A stretch of 63,921 bases of DNA, filler included. It is 5 parts of 5 records of this genome, joined end to end, with 100 filler letters (N's around TTAATTAATTAA, not from the genome) between each part and the next. Parts side by side here need not be neighbours in the genome. Positions count along the whole stretch, not along the records: positions 1 to 27,063 come from DRR723986_10061; positions 27,164 to 42,991 come from DRR723986_10069; 3 more parts are not named here. One strand, written 5' to 3'. A program made the translations under genes and the position numbers. Each line of letters begins with the position of its first letter. The stretch's first letter is position 1. Of the stretch, positions 20,245 through 30,820 are shown piece by piece. Below the pieces are notes generated by a model. That model worked only from the letters and a program-made list of their open reading frames with translations, did no database searches and had not been told where the DNA came from.

Positions 20245-22377
20245 ATGTCTTTACCACCGGCCATTTTTAGCCACCACCCCTACTGGGCGGAGTGCTTCGG
20301 CACCGCACCATACTTGCCAACCAGCCGCGAGGAAATGGACGCCTTGGGTTGGGACAGCTGCGACATCATTATTGTCACCGGCGATGCCTATGTGGATCAC
20401 CCTAGCTTTGGCATGGCCGTTATCGGGCGCGTATTGGAAGCGCAGGGCTTTCGCGTTGGCATTATTTCCCAGCCAGACTGGCAGTCAGCAGAGCCCTTCA
20501 CCGCGCTGGGCAAACCTAACCTATTTTTCGGCGTCGCCGCCGGAAACATGGACTCGATGATTAATCGCTACACCGCAGACCGCCGACTGCGTCACGACGA
20601 TGCCTACTCACCGGATAACGTCGGTGGCAAGCGCCCCGATCGCGCGGTTATCGTCTATGCCCAGCGCTGCCGCGAAGCCTATAAAGACTGCCCCATTGTT
20701 ATCGGCTCCATCGAAGCAAGCTTGCGACGCATCGCGCACTACGATTACTGGAGCGACAAAGTCCGCCGCTCAATTCTTATGGACTCGCGGGCGGATATTC
20801 TGCTGTATGGCAATGCCGAACGCGCCATTGTCGACCTCGCACACCGGCTGTCTCGCGGCGAGCCGGTGGAGCAAATTCGCGACCTTCGCGGCACCGCATT
20901 TATTCGCGACGCAGTGCCTAACGGCTGGACGGTTGTGGACTCCAGCGATATTGACCGACCCGGCAAGGTGGATCCGATCACCAGCCCCTATGTGGACACC
21001 AGCGCTGACCCCAGTTGCAAAACCGAACAGGCAAAGGCAGCAAGCGAGCCAGACGCTGCGCAGACCATCACTATTATCGACCCCAGGCAGGCCCGTAAAA
21101 GCGACGCACCGGCAGAGCGAACAGTTATTCGCCTACCCGCTTACGAAACGGTAAAAAAAGACCCCGTCAGTTACGCCCATGCAGCGAGGGTGCTTCACCT
21201 GGAAACCAATCCAGGCAACGCACGCGCGCTGGTTCAGCGCCATGGCGACAAGGAGATTTGGCTCAACCCGCCACCCATTCCTCTCACGACAGAAGAGCTC
21301 GACTGGGTCTTTGAGTTGCCCTACCAGCGCCGCCCTCACCCCAAGTACGGCGAGGCGCGGATTCCCGCGTATGAAATGATTCGCAACTCGGTGAATATCA
21401 TGCGCGGCTGTTTTGGCGGCTGCAGTTTCTGTTCTATCACCGAACACGAAGGGCGGATTATTCAAAGCCGCTCAAAAGACTCGATTGTCAGAGAAGTGGA
21501 AAAAATTCGCGACAAAACGCCGGGCTTCACCGGTGTTGTGTCGGACCTCGGCGGTCCCACCGCCAATATGTGGCAACTGACCTGCAAAAGCGAAGCGATT
21601 GAAAAAAGCTGTCGTCGCCTATCCTGCGTCTATCCCGGGATTTGCAAAAACTTAAACACTGACCAAACACCGCTTATCGAGCTGTACCGTGAAGTTCGCA
21701 ACCTGAAAGGTGTTAAAAAAGTCCTTATCGCCTCCGGTCTGCGCTATGACTTGGCCGTGGAAACACCCGAGTACGTCAAAGAACTGGTCTCCCACCACGT
21801 TGGCGGCTATTTAAAAATCGCACCCGAGCACTCAGAAGACTCACCACTGAGCAAAATGATGAAACCGGGCATGGGCAGCTACGACCGCTTCAAAGCCATG
21901 TTCGACAAATACTCCAAGCAAGCGGGCAAAGAACAGTACCTCATTCCCTACTTTATTGCGGCGCACCCAGGCACCCGCGATGAAGATATGATGAACCTGG
22001 CGCTGTGGCTGAAAAGCAACGGCTTTCGCGCCGACCAGGTGCAGGCCTTCTACCCCTCTCCAATGGCCAATGCGACGGCAATGTATTACTCGGGTAAAAA
22101 CCCGTTACGCAAGGTAAGCCGTCGCAGTGAAAATGTATTCAGTGCTAAGGGATTGAAACAGCGGCGTTTACATAAAGCCTACCTGCGTTACCACGACCCT
22201 GAAGGCTGGCCTGCGCTGCGCGAATCGCTGCTGAAAATGGGACGCAAGGATTTGATTGGCTATGGCAAAAAGCATCTCGTGCCGCCGCGCCAACCGGCAA
22301 ACTGGAAAAGTAAAAACCCGAAGCGCGGCCGCATGCTAACGCAGCACACGGGACTTCCCCCTAGAAAAACGACATAA
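20245..22377 (+). CDS. ygiQ: YgiQ family radical SAM protein
   Basis: [26 protein letters not shown] (CxxxCxxC), YFIAAHPG; start set at ATG 20245. Confidence 0.93.
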   Translation: MSLPPAIFSHHPYWAECFGTAPYLPTSREEMDALGWDSCDIIIVTGDAYVDHPSFGMAVIGRVLEAQGFRVGIISQPDWQSAEPFTALGKPNLFFGVAAGNMDSMINRYTADRRLRHDDAYSPDNVGGKRPDRAVIVYAQRCREAYKDCPIVIGSIEASLRRIAHYDYWSDKVRRSILMDSRADILLYGNAERAIVDLAHRLSRGEPVEQIRDLRGTAFIRDAVPNGWTVVDSSDIDRPGKVDPITSPYVDTSADPSCKTEQAKAASEPDAAQTITIIDPRQARKSDAPAERTVIRLPAYETVKKDPVSYAHAARVLHLETNPGNARALVQRHGDKEIWLNPPPIPLTTEELDWVFELPYQRRPHPKYGEARIPAYEMIRNSVNIMRGCFGGCSFCSITEHEGRIIQSRSKDSIVREVEKIRDKTPGFTGVVSDLGGPTANMWQLTCKSEAIEKSCRRLSCVYPGICKNLNTDQTPLIELYREVRNLKGVKKVLIASGLRYDLAVETPEYVKELVSHHVGGYLKIAPEHSEDSPLSKMMKPGMGSYDRFKAMFDKYSKQAGKEQYLIPYFIAAHPGTRDEDMMNLALWLKSNGFRADQVQAFYPSPMANATAMYYSGKNPLRKVSRRSENVFSAKGLKQRRLHKAYLRYHDPEGWPALRESLLKMGRKDLIGYGKKHLVPPRQPANWKSKNPKRGRMLTQHTGLPPRKTT

Positions 22378-22580
22378 AAAATTCATTTTATGGCTGGCAA
22401 AAGGCTTTCTATACCTATTCAGACTGTGTATATAATGAGCTTGCTGGCTATAGATGCAGCTTGGTTTTATGTAAAAGCACCACGAAGTCGTTTTTAGTAC
22501 CTCGTTCTGTTTCATAACTACCCTGCCTATCTCAGCTCAAGCCATACAAGGCAAACTTATAGACAACGAGGTTTTAAGAC

Positions 22581-22787
22581 ATGTCCAGAAGCACTGGTAA
22601 AGTAAAATGGTTCAACGAGACTAAAGGCTTTGGTTTCATTGAGCAGGATTCCGGCCCAGACGTTTTTGTTCACTTCAGCGCCATCTCTGGCTCTGGCTTC
22701 AAGACGCTGGCAGAAGGTCAAGCTGTTGAGTTTGACGTGCAGAGCGGTCAAAAAGGCCCTCAGGCAGCGAACGTAACCGTTATCTAA
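22581..22787 (+). CDS. Cold shock protein (CspA family)
   Basis: [15 protein letters not shown] (RNP1), DVFVHFSAI (RNP2), KGPQAANV. Confidence 0.97.
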   Translation: MSRSTGKVKWFNETKGFGFIEQDSGPDVFVHFSAISGSGFKTLAEGQAVEFDVQSGQKGPQAANVTVI

Positions 22788-22807
22788 GCATAGAGCGCGG
22801 TGACAAG

Positions 22808-22831
22808 AAGGCGGCGAAAGCCGCCTTTTTT
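22808..22831 (+). terminator. Intrinsic terminator of csp gene
   Basis: AAGGCGGC-GAAA-GCCGCCTT followed by T run. Confidence 0.92.
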
Positions 22832-22944
22832 GTGTCTGCGTTTTCATCACAACCTATTCGCACTGCGTAAAACATCACCGAAATATTTTTCACTTCTACA
22901 GGGATATACGCTTTAATCAGCGCAAACAACAAAAAGGACCCCGC

Positions 22945-23475
22945 ATGAAAGCCGCAATAAAAGCTACAGCACTGGCTCTTGGCCTAATGGTCAGCCCCTT
23001 CATCCAAGCCGGTGAAAACGAATGGCGTTTTGGTGTACTGGCCCACAATAAAGGCCCCATTGCCAGTGAAACGGAAGACGGCCCCGACGTCACGCTGGCG
23101 TACTACCACCACTTAAAACAATACAATTGGGGCGGCTTATTTGCTCACGGCGGCGCCGTTATTAACACAGCCGATGGCACCAGCTATCTCTACAGCGGAC
23201 TCAACCCCAAATGGAACTTCGGTGAATCGCCAGTCTATTTTGAGCTGGGCTTTGGGCTTGCTGTTCACGATGGTGACCTTGAGAAAAAGTCAGCCGAGCG
23301 CCGTGAAATGGGCTCTCGAGTGCTGTTTCACACCGAATTTAACCTCGGCTACCAAATTAACCCGCTATACAGTGTCGGCCTTTACTTAGACCACATTTCC
23401 AACGGTGGCATCCTCAACGACGACAACAACCGCGGGCTAGACACCTACGGCATTCGTCTCGGTCGTCGGTTTTAA
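22945..23475 (+). CDS. PagL-like lipid A 3-O-deacylase / acyloxyacyl hydrolase (outer-membrane beta-barrel)
   Basis: Signal peptide, HISNG catalytic H-x-S-N motif, N.GLD, terminal Phe. Confidence 0.75.
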   Translation: MKAAIKATALALGLMVSPFIQAGENEWRFGVLAHNKGPIASETEDGPDVTLAYYHHLKQYNWGGLFAHGGAVINTADGTSYLYSGLNPKWNFGESPVYFELGFGLAVHDGDLEKKSAERREMGSRVLFHTEFNLGYQINPLYSVGLYLDHISNGGILNDDNNRGLDTYGIRLGRRF

Positions 23476-23481
23476 GTAAGG

Positions 23482-25668
23482 TCAGGCAGACGCGCCCCGG
23501 CGGTGAGTAATGTACCAGCAATAATGTATGGGCTTACTGCGCCGCTTAAAATCCTCGTCTAGCGACCAAGCACAGCGGTCCGCAATTTCAAAACGCTCAG
23601 CCAGCACCTCATCCAGTATGAAGTCGCGCTTATTGGTGGAAAAAATCAACAAGCCATCTTTGGCCAAACAGCGCATCGCCTGAGCAATCAATTCGGCGTG
23701 ATCACGCTGGGTGTCCAGCACATCGTCCATTCTCTTTGAATTAGAGAAGGTCGGTGGATCGAGAAGAATCAGGTCAAACTCCTCCTCACAATCTGCCAAC
23801 CACTGTCTAGCATCCCCCTGCTCGGTGCGATGGCGCGCCTCGCTCAAGCCATTGAGTGACAGGTTCTGTCGCGCCCATTTCAGGTAAGTGTGCGACATAT
23901 CAACCGACGTTGTGTGGCGCGCGCCCCCCAGCCCCGCGTGCACTGAGGCAACGGCGGTATAACAGAAGAGATTCAGAAACCGCTTACCACGCGCTCGCTC
24001 GGCAATGTCCAAACGCACGGGGCGGTGATCGAGAAACAACCCGGTATCGAGGTAGTCGTATAGATTCACCAGTACCGTGGCCTGGCCTTCGCGCACTTCT
24101 AGCACCTTGCCCTGCGGGGCTTGGCGTTCATACTGAGATTTACCGCGCTGACGGCGTCGTTCCTTTAGCGCAATATCTGCTACCCGCAGTGAAAACACCT
24201 CAGCACAAGCCTGCATTACCTCGCCCAGACGGCGACGGGCATCGTCGTCATTGACCGATGAGGGTGCGGCATATTCGCTGACATGCACGGCGTCGCCGTA
24301 GCAATCCACAGCCACGGCATATTCAGGCATATCCGCATCGTAAACACGAAAGCAGCTTATCTCGTTGCGACGACGCCACTTGTCCAGACGCTTTAGGTTT
24401 TTTCGCAAGCGATTGGCAAACATTTGTGCTCCGGCACTCAGCGCTGGTGCAACCGCTGCCTGTTGCTGCTCAGGTTTGCGCTCGGTTACGAAATATCGTT
24501 GTTCAACCTCAAACAACAGCAGCTTGCTCGGTATGGTGCCGTTGAAAAGTTGATACTGCTTGCAAGCGCGAATGCCCATTCGCTTCCCGAGGTCCGGGTT
24601 ACCGGTAAACACCCCCGCCTGCCAACCTTGAAAGTCCTCGCGAAGGCTCTGCCCCAAGCGCCTGTACAAGTGCAGCAACTCCGCTTCTTCGCCAAGGCGC
24701 TCGCCATACGGGGGGTTACAAATCAGCAGTCCAGGCAAGGCGTCGTTACGGGGTGGCGACAGCTCAGACAACTCGCCGCGCGCCACCTTCACGAATTGAG
24801 CAAGGCCCGCACGCCGGATATTGTCCTGCGCTTGCGCAATGACTTTACCGTTCGCATCGTAGCCCCAAATTTGCGGCCAGTTTCGGCGGTGAGCCTGTCG
24901 CTGCATGTCCATTGCTTCATCGTGAAGTTGCCGCCACAAGACCTGCTGATGCCCAGACCAGGCTGCAAATCCCCAGTGCTTGCGCTGCAGTCCAGGCGCA
25001 ATATTCATCGCCATCATCGCTGCTTCGATCAACAAGGTACCGCTGCCGCACATGGGGTCGATCAAGCCACCACCGCGGCTGGCAACCCCCGGCCAGTCTG
25101 CCCGCAGCAACAACGCAGCCGCTAAATTTTCTTTCAATGGCGCCAGCGCGCCACTTTGCCGGTAGCCACGCCGGTGCAGGCTATCACCCGACAAGTCGAT
25201 AGCAACGAGTATCTTGCCCTTGCGCAACCGCACATGAACACGAATATCAGGTTGCGATTTGGCGATATTTGGCCGCTCTTGCCCGGCCTCAATAAAGCGA
25301 TCAACGATTGCATCCTTGCAACGCAGTGCGCCGAAGTGACTGTTGCGGATCTCGCGGCTGCGCCCGGCAAAGTCTACTAGAAGGCTGCTTCCCTCACGCA
25401 TATGTGCAGGCCAGTCGATGGCATGCAGGCCATCGTATAATTGCTGGGCACTGTCGCCAGGGAACTCGGCCAGTGGCAAAAGCACTCTATTGGCAAGACG
25501 CGACCACAGGCATAGCCGGTAGATCACGTCGGGCGTCGCGTCGACCGTCACCGCCCCGACCGTTTCGCCCCGCTTCTGTGCTCCCAGGCGTTCGGCTTCA
25601 TCTCCCAGTAAACCTTCGAGCCCCTTCGGGCAACTGAGGATTAGTGACTGCATTTGACTCATAAACAC
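23482..25668 (-). CDS. rlmL: Bifunctional 23S rRNA methyltransferase RlmKL
   Basis: LWSRLANRVL, SLHRRGYR, DPMCGSGT, NPPYGER, DYLDTGLFLDHR, LNLFCYT, DPPTFSNSK; exact start among three nearby Met codons uncertain. Confidence 0.95.
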   Translation of the reverse strand: MFMSQMQSLILSCPKGLEGLLGDEAERLGAQKRGETVGAVTVDATPDVIYRLCLWSRLANRVLLPLAEFPGDSAQQLYDGLHAIDWPAHMREGSSLLVDFAGRSREIRNSHFGALRCKDAIVDRFIEAGQERPNIAKSQPDIRVHVRLRKGKILVAIDLSGDSLHRRGYRQSGALAPLKENLAAALLLRADWPGVASRGGGLIDPMCGSGTLLIEAAMMAMNIAPGLQRKHWGFAAWSGHQQVLWRQLHDEAMDMQRQAHRRNWPQIWGYDANGKVIAQAQDNIRRAGLAQFVKVARGELSELSPPRNDALPGLLICNPPYGERLGEEAELLHLYRRLGQSLREDFQGWQAGVFTGNPDLGKRMGIRACKQYQLFNGTIPSKLLLFEVEQRYFVTERKPEQQQAAVAPALSAGAQMFANRLRKNLKRLDKWRRRNEISCFRVYDADMPEYAVAVDCYGDAVHVSEYAAPSSVNDDDARRRLGEVMQACAEVFSLRVADIALKERRRQRGKSQYERQAPQGKVLEVREGQATVLVNLYDYLDTGLFLDHRPVRLDIAERARGKRFLNLFCYTAVASVHAGLGGARHTTSVDMSHTYLKWARQNLSLNGLSEARHRTEQGDARQWLADCEEEFDLILLDPPTFSNSKRMDDVLDTQRDHAELIAQAMRCLAKDGLLIFSTNKRDFILDEVLAERFEIADRCAWSLDEDFKRRSKPIHYCWYITHRRGASA

Positions 25669-25897
25669 CCACCCGGGACATTGTGATTCAGGTAATTCAT
25701 ATTGCTTCTCAATAGCTTAGCGACTTTATACATGAACTCTATAAAACGCCCTAGCCTTATGCGAAATCGATCTTCGCGAGATTTATGAAAGTTTGGTTAC
25801 ATGGTAATTCGGTTGACGCACACTGCGCCAACTTTGGTTCGCTATGCCCCGCTCTGGGCGTAGTGAGTACACGTTGAACAATGGAGGCTTATGCCCT

Positions 25898-26101
25898 ATG
25901 AGAAGACAGAAACGCGACATGACTGAGCGCGCCTACCAACGTGGTTATCAGGCAGGAATCGCCGGAAAAAACAAAGAAAATTGCCCTCACACTCAGCAAC
26001 AACTCAAGCAGGAATGGATCTCTGGATGGCGCGAAGGCCGCGTCGACCACTGGGACGGTATCGACACCGCCACCGCACTCCAAAAGCAAGCGTTTCACTA
26101 A
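25898..26101 (+). CDS. rmf: Ribosome modulation factor
   Basis: MRRQKRD..ERAYQRGYQAG...CP...WISGWREG; GGAGG RBS at 25883; adjacent to rlmKL. Confidence 0.93.
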   Translation: MRRQKRDMTERAYQRGYQAGIAGKNKENCPHTQQQLKQEWISGWREGRVDHWDGIDTATALQKQAFH

Positions 26102-26157
26102 TTCCGTGTCACTAGCCCCATAGCAATGGCCAGCGTGCTGGCTGTTGAGTCCTAGAT

Positions 26158-26185
26158 AAAAGCCCGCCTTGAGCGGGCTTTTTTT
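26158..26185. terminator. Bidirectional intrinsic terminator (rmf / rluB)
   Basis: AAAAGCCCGC-cttga-GCGGGCTTTTTTT. Confidence 0.9.
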
Positions 26186-26194
26186 GCTTGCTAA

Positions 26195-26989
26195 CTAGCG
26201 ACGGCTGCGCCTTCCCGGCTTGGCCTCCGCAGGGCTTTGCTCCGGCGGCGTCAATCCCGCCATCACATACACATCATCGACTTCGCGCTCGGGGAGCTCC
26301 GTCCACATACCCACTTTCACTTTTGAGGGGATGAAAACATTGCCATAGCGCACACGCTTCAGGCGATTGACCTGCAAACCCTGCGACTCCCATAAACGCC
26401 GCACTTCGCGATTGCGCCCCTCCATGATAACCACGTAGTACCAGTGGTTAATGCCCTCGCCACCACCGTCTACGATATCGGTGAACCGGGCAACGCCGTC
26501 ATCCAGCTGCACGCCATCTACTAAGGCCTGCAGGTTATGCTCACTGGCATTGCCCATAACGCGGCACAGGTACTCTCGCTCTATGGTTGTCGAAGGGTGC
26601 ATGAGTTTATTGGCGAGATCACCATCGGTGGTGAACAGCAATAAACCGGTGGTGTTGTAATCAAGCCGCCCTACGCAGATCCAGCGCTCGCCGGATAATC
26701 GCGGCAACCGATCAAACACTGAGCGCCGCCCCTCCGGGTCTTTGCGGCTACAAATTTCCCCTTCGGGCTTGTTGTACAGCAGCACACGCGGCCGCTTACT
26801 ACCCGTATCTGATTTGAGCGGGCGCCCATCGAACACGATGCGGGCGGTTTTATCTACGCGATCGCCCAGTGTCGCGAGCTCGCCATTCACTTGCACCCGA
26901 CCATCGCTGATCGCGCGCTCCATTTCGCGGCGTGAACCCAAGCCTGCACGAGCAAGCACCTTTTGTAACTTTTCGTCTTCGGCACTCAT
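26195..26989 (-). CDS. rluB: 23S rRNA pseudouridine(2605) synthase RluB
   Basis: [17 protein letters not shown] (S4), [27 protein letters not shown]. Confidence 0.93.
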   Translation of the reverse strand: MSAEDEKLQKVLARAGLGSRREMERAISDGRVQVNGELATLGDRVDKTARIVFDGRPLKSDTGSKRPRVLLYNKPEGEICSRKDPEGRRSVFDRLPRLSGERWICVGRLDYNTTGLLLFTTDGDLANKLMHPSTTIEREYLCRVMGNASEHNLQALVDGVQLDDGVARFTDIVDGGGEGINHWYYVVIMEGRNREVRRLWESQGLQVNRLKRVRYGNVFIPSKVKVGMWTELPEREVDDVYVMAGLTPPEQSPAEAKPGRRSRR

Positions 26990-27063
26990 CAGTGCTTTAT
27001 CTCTGTCATTGTGTCGTCCTCATCGACGAGTTTGGCTTCGGCTTCGGCTTCGGCTTCGGCTTC
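26989..27063 (-). CDS. 3' end of upstream gene, probably scpB (partial)
   Basis: Reads [27 protein letters not shown] overlaps the rluB ATG; identity inferred only from usual scpB-rluB synteny. Confidence 0.45.
   Translation of the reverse strand, partial: EAEAEAEAEAKLVDEDDTMTEIKH
27034..27063. repeat. Hexamer tandem repeat (GGCTTC)5, truncated by contig end
   Basis: Five exact copies directly before the N spacer. Confidence 0.95.
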
Positions 27064-27163
27064 NNNNNNNNNNNNNNNNNNNNNNNNNNNNNNNNNNNNN
27101 NNNNNNNTTAATTAATTAANNNNNNNNNNNNNNNNNNNNNNNNNNNNNNNNNNNNNNNNNNNN
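27064..27163. other. Artificial contig spacer
   Basis: 44 N + TTAATTAATTAA (stops in all six frames) + 44 N. Confidence 0.99.
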
Positions 27164-27164
27164 A

Positions 27165-27923
27165 TACGGCATCCGCGACTATCGCGGCGGTGGCCGCAGC
27201 TCAGCCCGTGAAACCGCAGCGCGTGTCGCCGCTGGCGGTCTGGCGCGCGAAGCAATCAAACAGCTTGCCCCAAATGTGCAGATCACCGGCTACATGACTC
27301 AGATCGGCCCGCATAAAATCGACCGCAGCCGCTTTGACTGGTCCCAGATCGAACAAAACCCGTTCTGGACCCCCGATGCGCAGGCTGCCGAGGATTGGGC
27401 CGTCTATCTGGATGGGCTGCGCAAATCCGGCAGCTCGGTCGGTGCAGTGATCGAAGTCGTCGCCCGTGGCGTACCCGCAGGCATCGGCGCACCCGTCTAC
27501 AACAAGCTCGACACCGATCTGGCCGCCGCGATGATGTCGATCAACGCGGTCAAAGCCGTTGAAATCGGGGATGGCATGGCCTCAGCTGAACTGACCGGCG
27601 AAGCCAACGCAGACGAGATCTTTATGGGCCAGAACGGCCCGCAATACAGCTCCAACCACGCCGGCGGCATTCTGGGCGGCATTTCAACCGGACAGGACGT
27701 CGTGGTGCGCTTTGCGGTCAAACCGACCTCGTCGATCCTGACCACCCGCAAAACGATTACCAAGTCGGGTGAAGAGGCCGAAATCATCACCAAAGGCCGT
27801 CACGACCCCTGTGTCGGCATCCGCGCCGTTCCCGTGGGCGAGGCAATGATGGCCTGCGTTCTCTTGGACCAGATGTTGCTGCATCGCGGTCAGATCGGCG
27901 AAAACCGAGGTCACATTGGCTGA
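27165..27923 (+). CDS. aroC: Chorismate synthase (5'-truncated)
   Basis: [42 protein letters not shown]. Confidence 0.96.
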   Translation, partial: YGIRDYRGGGRSSARETAARVAAGGLAREAIKQLAPNVQITGYMTQIGPHKIDRSRFDWSQIEQNPFWTPDAQAAEDWAVYLDGLRKSGSSVGAVIEVVARGVPAGIGAPVYNKLDTDLAAAMMSINAVKAVEIGDGMASAELTGEANADEIFMGQNGPQYSSNHAGGILGGISTGQDVVVRFAVKPTSSILTTRKTITKSGEEAEIITKGRHDPCVGIRAVPVGEAMMACVLLDQMLLHRGQIGENRGHIG

Positions 27924-28569
27924 TCTGCGCGCGGCACTGCGCCAGATCGCACAGGACCGCATGGCGACCGACCCGGCGCATGATCTGGCCCATCTGGATC
28001 GTGTTTGGGTCAACGCCCGCACCATCGCGAATGGGCAGGCCAACACCCGCGTCTTGATGGCCGCCAGCTATCTGCATGATCTGGTTAACCTGCCCAAAGA
28101 CGACCCAGACCGCGCCATGGCCTCGCGCCACTCCGCCCGCGAAGCCGCCCCCTTGCTGCGCACCCTCGGTTTTTCCGAGGATGAGATCACCGCCAGCCAA
28201 CACGCCATCGCCGCGCACAGCTTTTCGGCGCAGATCCCCCCCGAAACGCCCGAGGCGCAAATCCTGCGCGATTCCGATCGGTTGGATGCGCTGGGCGCAA
28301 TTGGGATTGCACGCACCTTTGCGGTTGCCGGATCGCTGGGCCGGGCGCTGTACGATCCCGCCGATCCCTTTGCCCAAGACCGCCCGCTGGATGACTTGCG
28401 GTTTTCCATCGACCATTGGCGCGTCAAACTGCTGGACTTGCCCAAGGACATGCTGACCGAGGGCGGTAAAGCACTGGCCCGCAATCGCACCGCCCGCATG
28501 ATCCAGTTTCTCGAGGATTTTGCGGCCGAAATCGACACGCCCTTGCCGCCCAGCTGGACCGACGCATGA
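27916..28569 (+). CDS. HD-domain phosphohydrolase (YedJ-like)
   Basis: [31 protein letters not shown]. Confidence 0.88.
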   Translation: MADLRAALRQIAQDRMATDPAHDLAHLDRVWVNARTIANGQANTRVLMAASYLHDLVNLPKDDPDRAMASRHSAREAAPLLRTLGFSEDEITASQHAIAAHSFSAQIPPETPEAQILRDSDRLDALGAIGIARTFAVAGSLGRALYDPADPFAQDRPLDDLRFSIDHWRVKLLDLPKDMLTEGGKALARNRTARMIQFLEDFAAEIDTPLPPSWTDA

Positions 28570-29507
28570 GCCAAATCCTGACCATCACCTTTCCGATCTA
28601 TGCGGCCATCGCCATTGGCTATCTGATCGTGAAACGAGGATGGTTCGGGCCTTCAGATATGCGCACGCTGGGTAAATATGTGCTCGACATCGCCCTACCT
28701 GCCCTGCTGTTCAACGCCATGGCCAGCCGTGATTTTGCCGAGGTGTTTCACCCCGGTTACATGCTGGTTTTTGCCCTTGGCGGAGTGGCGACCATCGTGG
28801 TCAGCTATGCGTGGTTCACCTTGACCGGGACAGACAAACCCCGCCGCGCAGTTGCCGTGATGGGTACCGCCTGCCCCAACTCCGGCTTTATCGGCTATCC
28901 GGTCATGTTGCTAACCTTTCCTGACCTTGCAGGCGTCATACTGGCGCTGAACATGCTGGTGGAGAACATCCTGCTGATCCCGATCTGCTTGATTTTGATG
29001 GAGCTGTCACGCGACCGGGCGCAGACCTCGATAGTGCACCAGATCGGCACGATCCTTTGGGGTGTTCTCAAACGCCCGATGGTGATTGGCCTGCTGTTGG
29101 GTCTTGCCGTGTCGCTTGCCCAGATCCCAATGCCGAGCGCCGCAACCAATCTTTTTCAAATGCTCGCGGCCTCTGCCTCGGCGCTGTCTCTGGTGGTCAT
29201 TGGCGGATCGCTTGCGGGGCTGTCCCTCCGCGGCAATCACTGGAAGGCGGCACAAGTGGCCCTTGGCAAAATTATTCTGCACCCCGCTTTGGTCGCGCTT
29301 ACCATTTTGGGCGTTACCGCTGCGGGCATCGCCCTGCCCGCAGATCTGCAAGTTGCTGTCATCTTGTCCGCAGCGATGCCGATGTTTGGCATCTACACCG
29401 TTCTGGCACAGGAACACGGACACGAAGGCATGGCCTCCATCGCCATGCTGATCGCAACCGCACTGGGCTTTTTCACCCTATCGGGTCTCTTACTGGCGCT
29501 CACTTAA
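28566..29507 (+). CDS. AEC family transporter
   Basis: IALPALLF, PNSGFIGYP, KIILHP, SAAMP; about 10 TM. Confidence 0.88.
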   Translation: MSQILTITFPIYAAIAIGYLIVKRGWFGPSDMRTLGKYVLDIALPALLFNAMASRDFAEVFHPGYMLVFALGGVATIVVSYAWFTLTGTDKPRRAVAVMGTACPNSGFIGYPVMLLTFPDLAGVILALNMLVENILLIPICLILMELSRDRAQTSIVHQIGTILWGVLKRPMVIGLLLGLAVSLAQIPMPSAATNLFQMLAASASALSLVVIGGSLAGLSLRGNHWKAAQVALGKIILHPALVALTILGVTAAGIALPADLQVAVILSAAMPMFGIYTVLAQEHGHEGMASIAMLIATALGFFTLSGLLLALT

Positions 29508-30820
29508 TCCCAACGTGCCGGTGCCGCGCCCAGCGCCCCGGCAGGCCGATCCCAAGACATTGGCATGCCTGAAATCCGCAGCGCTGGCTTCACCCGCTTG
29601 GCCGGACCCCACACCGTCTGTTCAACCCAGTCGCCCAAATCAGCAGGCTCAGATCCGGTGATAGGTTCCGCTAAAACCGGCTCTAACTGGGCTAAAACCT
29701 CTGCGGTGCGTGCCAAAGACAGCCGCGCCCGCGGACTGCCCTTGCCCTGAATGGCCTGTGTCAGAGCCGAAAGGACCGCCGCCGCCATGAAATAACCCGT
29801 CGCATGATCCAACGCCTGCACCGGCAAGGGATGCGGCTTATCAGACCCTGACCATGCCATGCCCGCATCGGCAATGCCGCAACTCATCTGGACCAGTGAA
29901 TCAAATCCACGCCGCCCGGACCATGGCCCGGTCCAGCCATAGGCATCCAGCGACACCTCAACCAATCCCTCGGGCCGGTGCGTCCCGATCATCGCGTCCA
30001 ACGCACCGGGGCGATAGCCGTGGACCAAAACATCCGCTTGCGCCATCAAAGCCCGCAATTGATCCTGCCCCTGCTGCGTTTTCAGGTCCAGATGACAGCA
30101 CCGCTTGCCCAAGGTCACATCAGGCACCACCCCCGGCTCTGACCAAGATGCGGGATCAACCCGCAACACATCGGCCCCGAACCCGGCCAGCGTGCGCGTC
30201 GCCACCGGCCCCGCCAACACCCGCGTCAGATCCAGAACCCGCAAACCCGCCAGCGGACGGTCGGGCCGCGCTTGCCATGTCTTCACCTGCCCCGGCTTAT
30301 GATCCCAAGCCACCAAAGGTTCGCCAGACACCGCCAGCCCTTGCGGATGCGCCAGCCACGCCGCGCGGCTGCGCATCGCGGCCGCTGCCCCTCCTTGGGC
30401 AACAATTGCATCCTCTAACGCGTCGATGTCCCAGCCACGCACAGCCTGCGCGACGATCTCGCGCTCTGCCTCACACTCCAATACCGCCAAAGCCGCTGCA
30501 CGGTGATGCGGGGCATTCGTGTGCAGCTTGATCCAGCCATCGCGGCCCTGATAATCCCCCGCAATCGCATCCCAGGATGGGGGCATTTCCCACCCCTGCG
30601 GATGGATGGACCACGTAAACCAAAGCGAGGCCAGACGCCGATCCACCACCACATCTGGGCTGGGGCCCAGATCCAGCGCATCGCTCAGACCGACCATCGC
30701 ACTGCCAACCGCACCCATTGACAGGCAAGCCAGCTCGGTCACGGCAAACCGCGACGCCCACGCGCCCGCGCCAACAACAGAAACCGGGGCGGTGCCAAAG
30801 GCTTCAAACACCTCATCCAT
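29504..30820 (-). CDS. Family III (CaiB/BaiF) CoA-transferase
   Basis: PLAGLRVLDLTRVLAGP, ADVLVHGYRPG, RRGFDSLVQ, ALDHATG; start set at ATG 30820 overlapping the matB stop. Confidence 0.88.
   Translation of the reverse strand: MDEVFEAFGTAPVSVVGAGAWASRFAVTELACLSMGAVGSAMVGLSDALDLGPSPDVVVDRRLASLWFTWSIHPQGWEMPPSWDAIAGDYQGRDGWIKLHTNAPHHRAAALAVLECEAEREIVAQAVRGWDIDALEDAIVAQGGAAAAMRSRAAWLAHPQGLAVSGEPLVAWDHKPGQVKTWQARPDRPLAGLRVLDLTRVLAGPVATRTLAGFGADVLRVDPASWSEPGVVPDVTLGKRCCHLDLKTQQGQDQLRALMAQADVLVHGYRPGALDAMIGTHRPEGLVEVSLDAYGWTGPWSGRRGFDSLVQMSCGIADAGMAWSGSDKPHPLPVQALDHATGYFMAAAVLSALTQAIQGKGSPRARLSLARTAEVLAQLEPVLAEPITGSEPADLGDWVEQTVWGPAKRVKPALRISGMPMSWDRPAGALGAAPARWD

Noticed and set aside
27108-27119. 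Recurrent TTAATTAATTAA palindrome (four copies in the window)
   Set aside because: Always centred in 88 Ns; an artificial all-frame stop linker, not a biological repeat
29504-30820. DMSP lyase DddD
   Set aside because: DddD is a family III CoA-transferase about twice this length; no DMSP genes are adjacent
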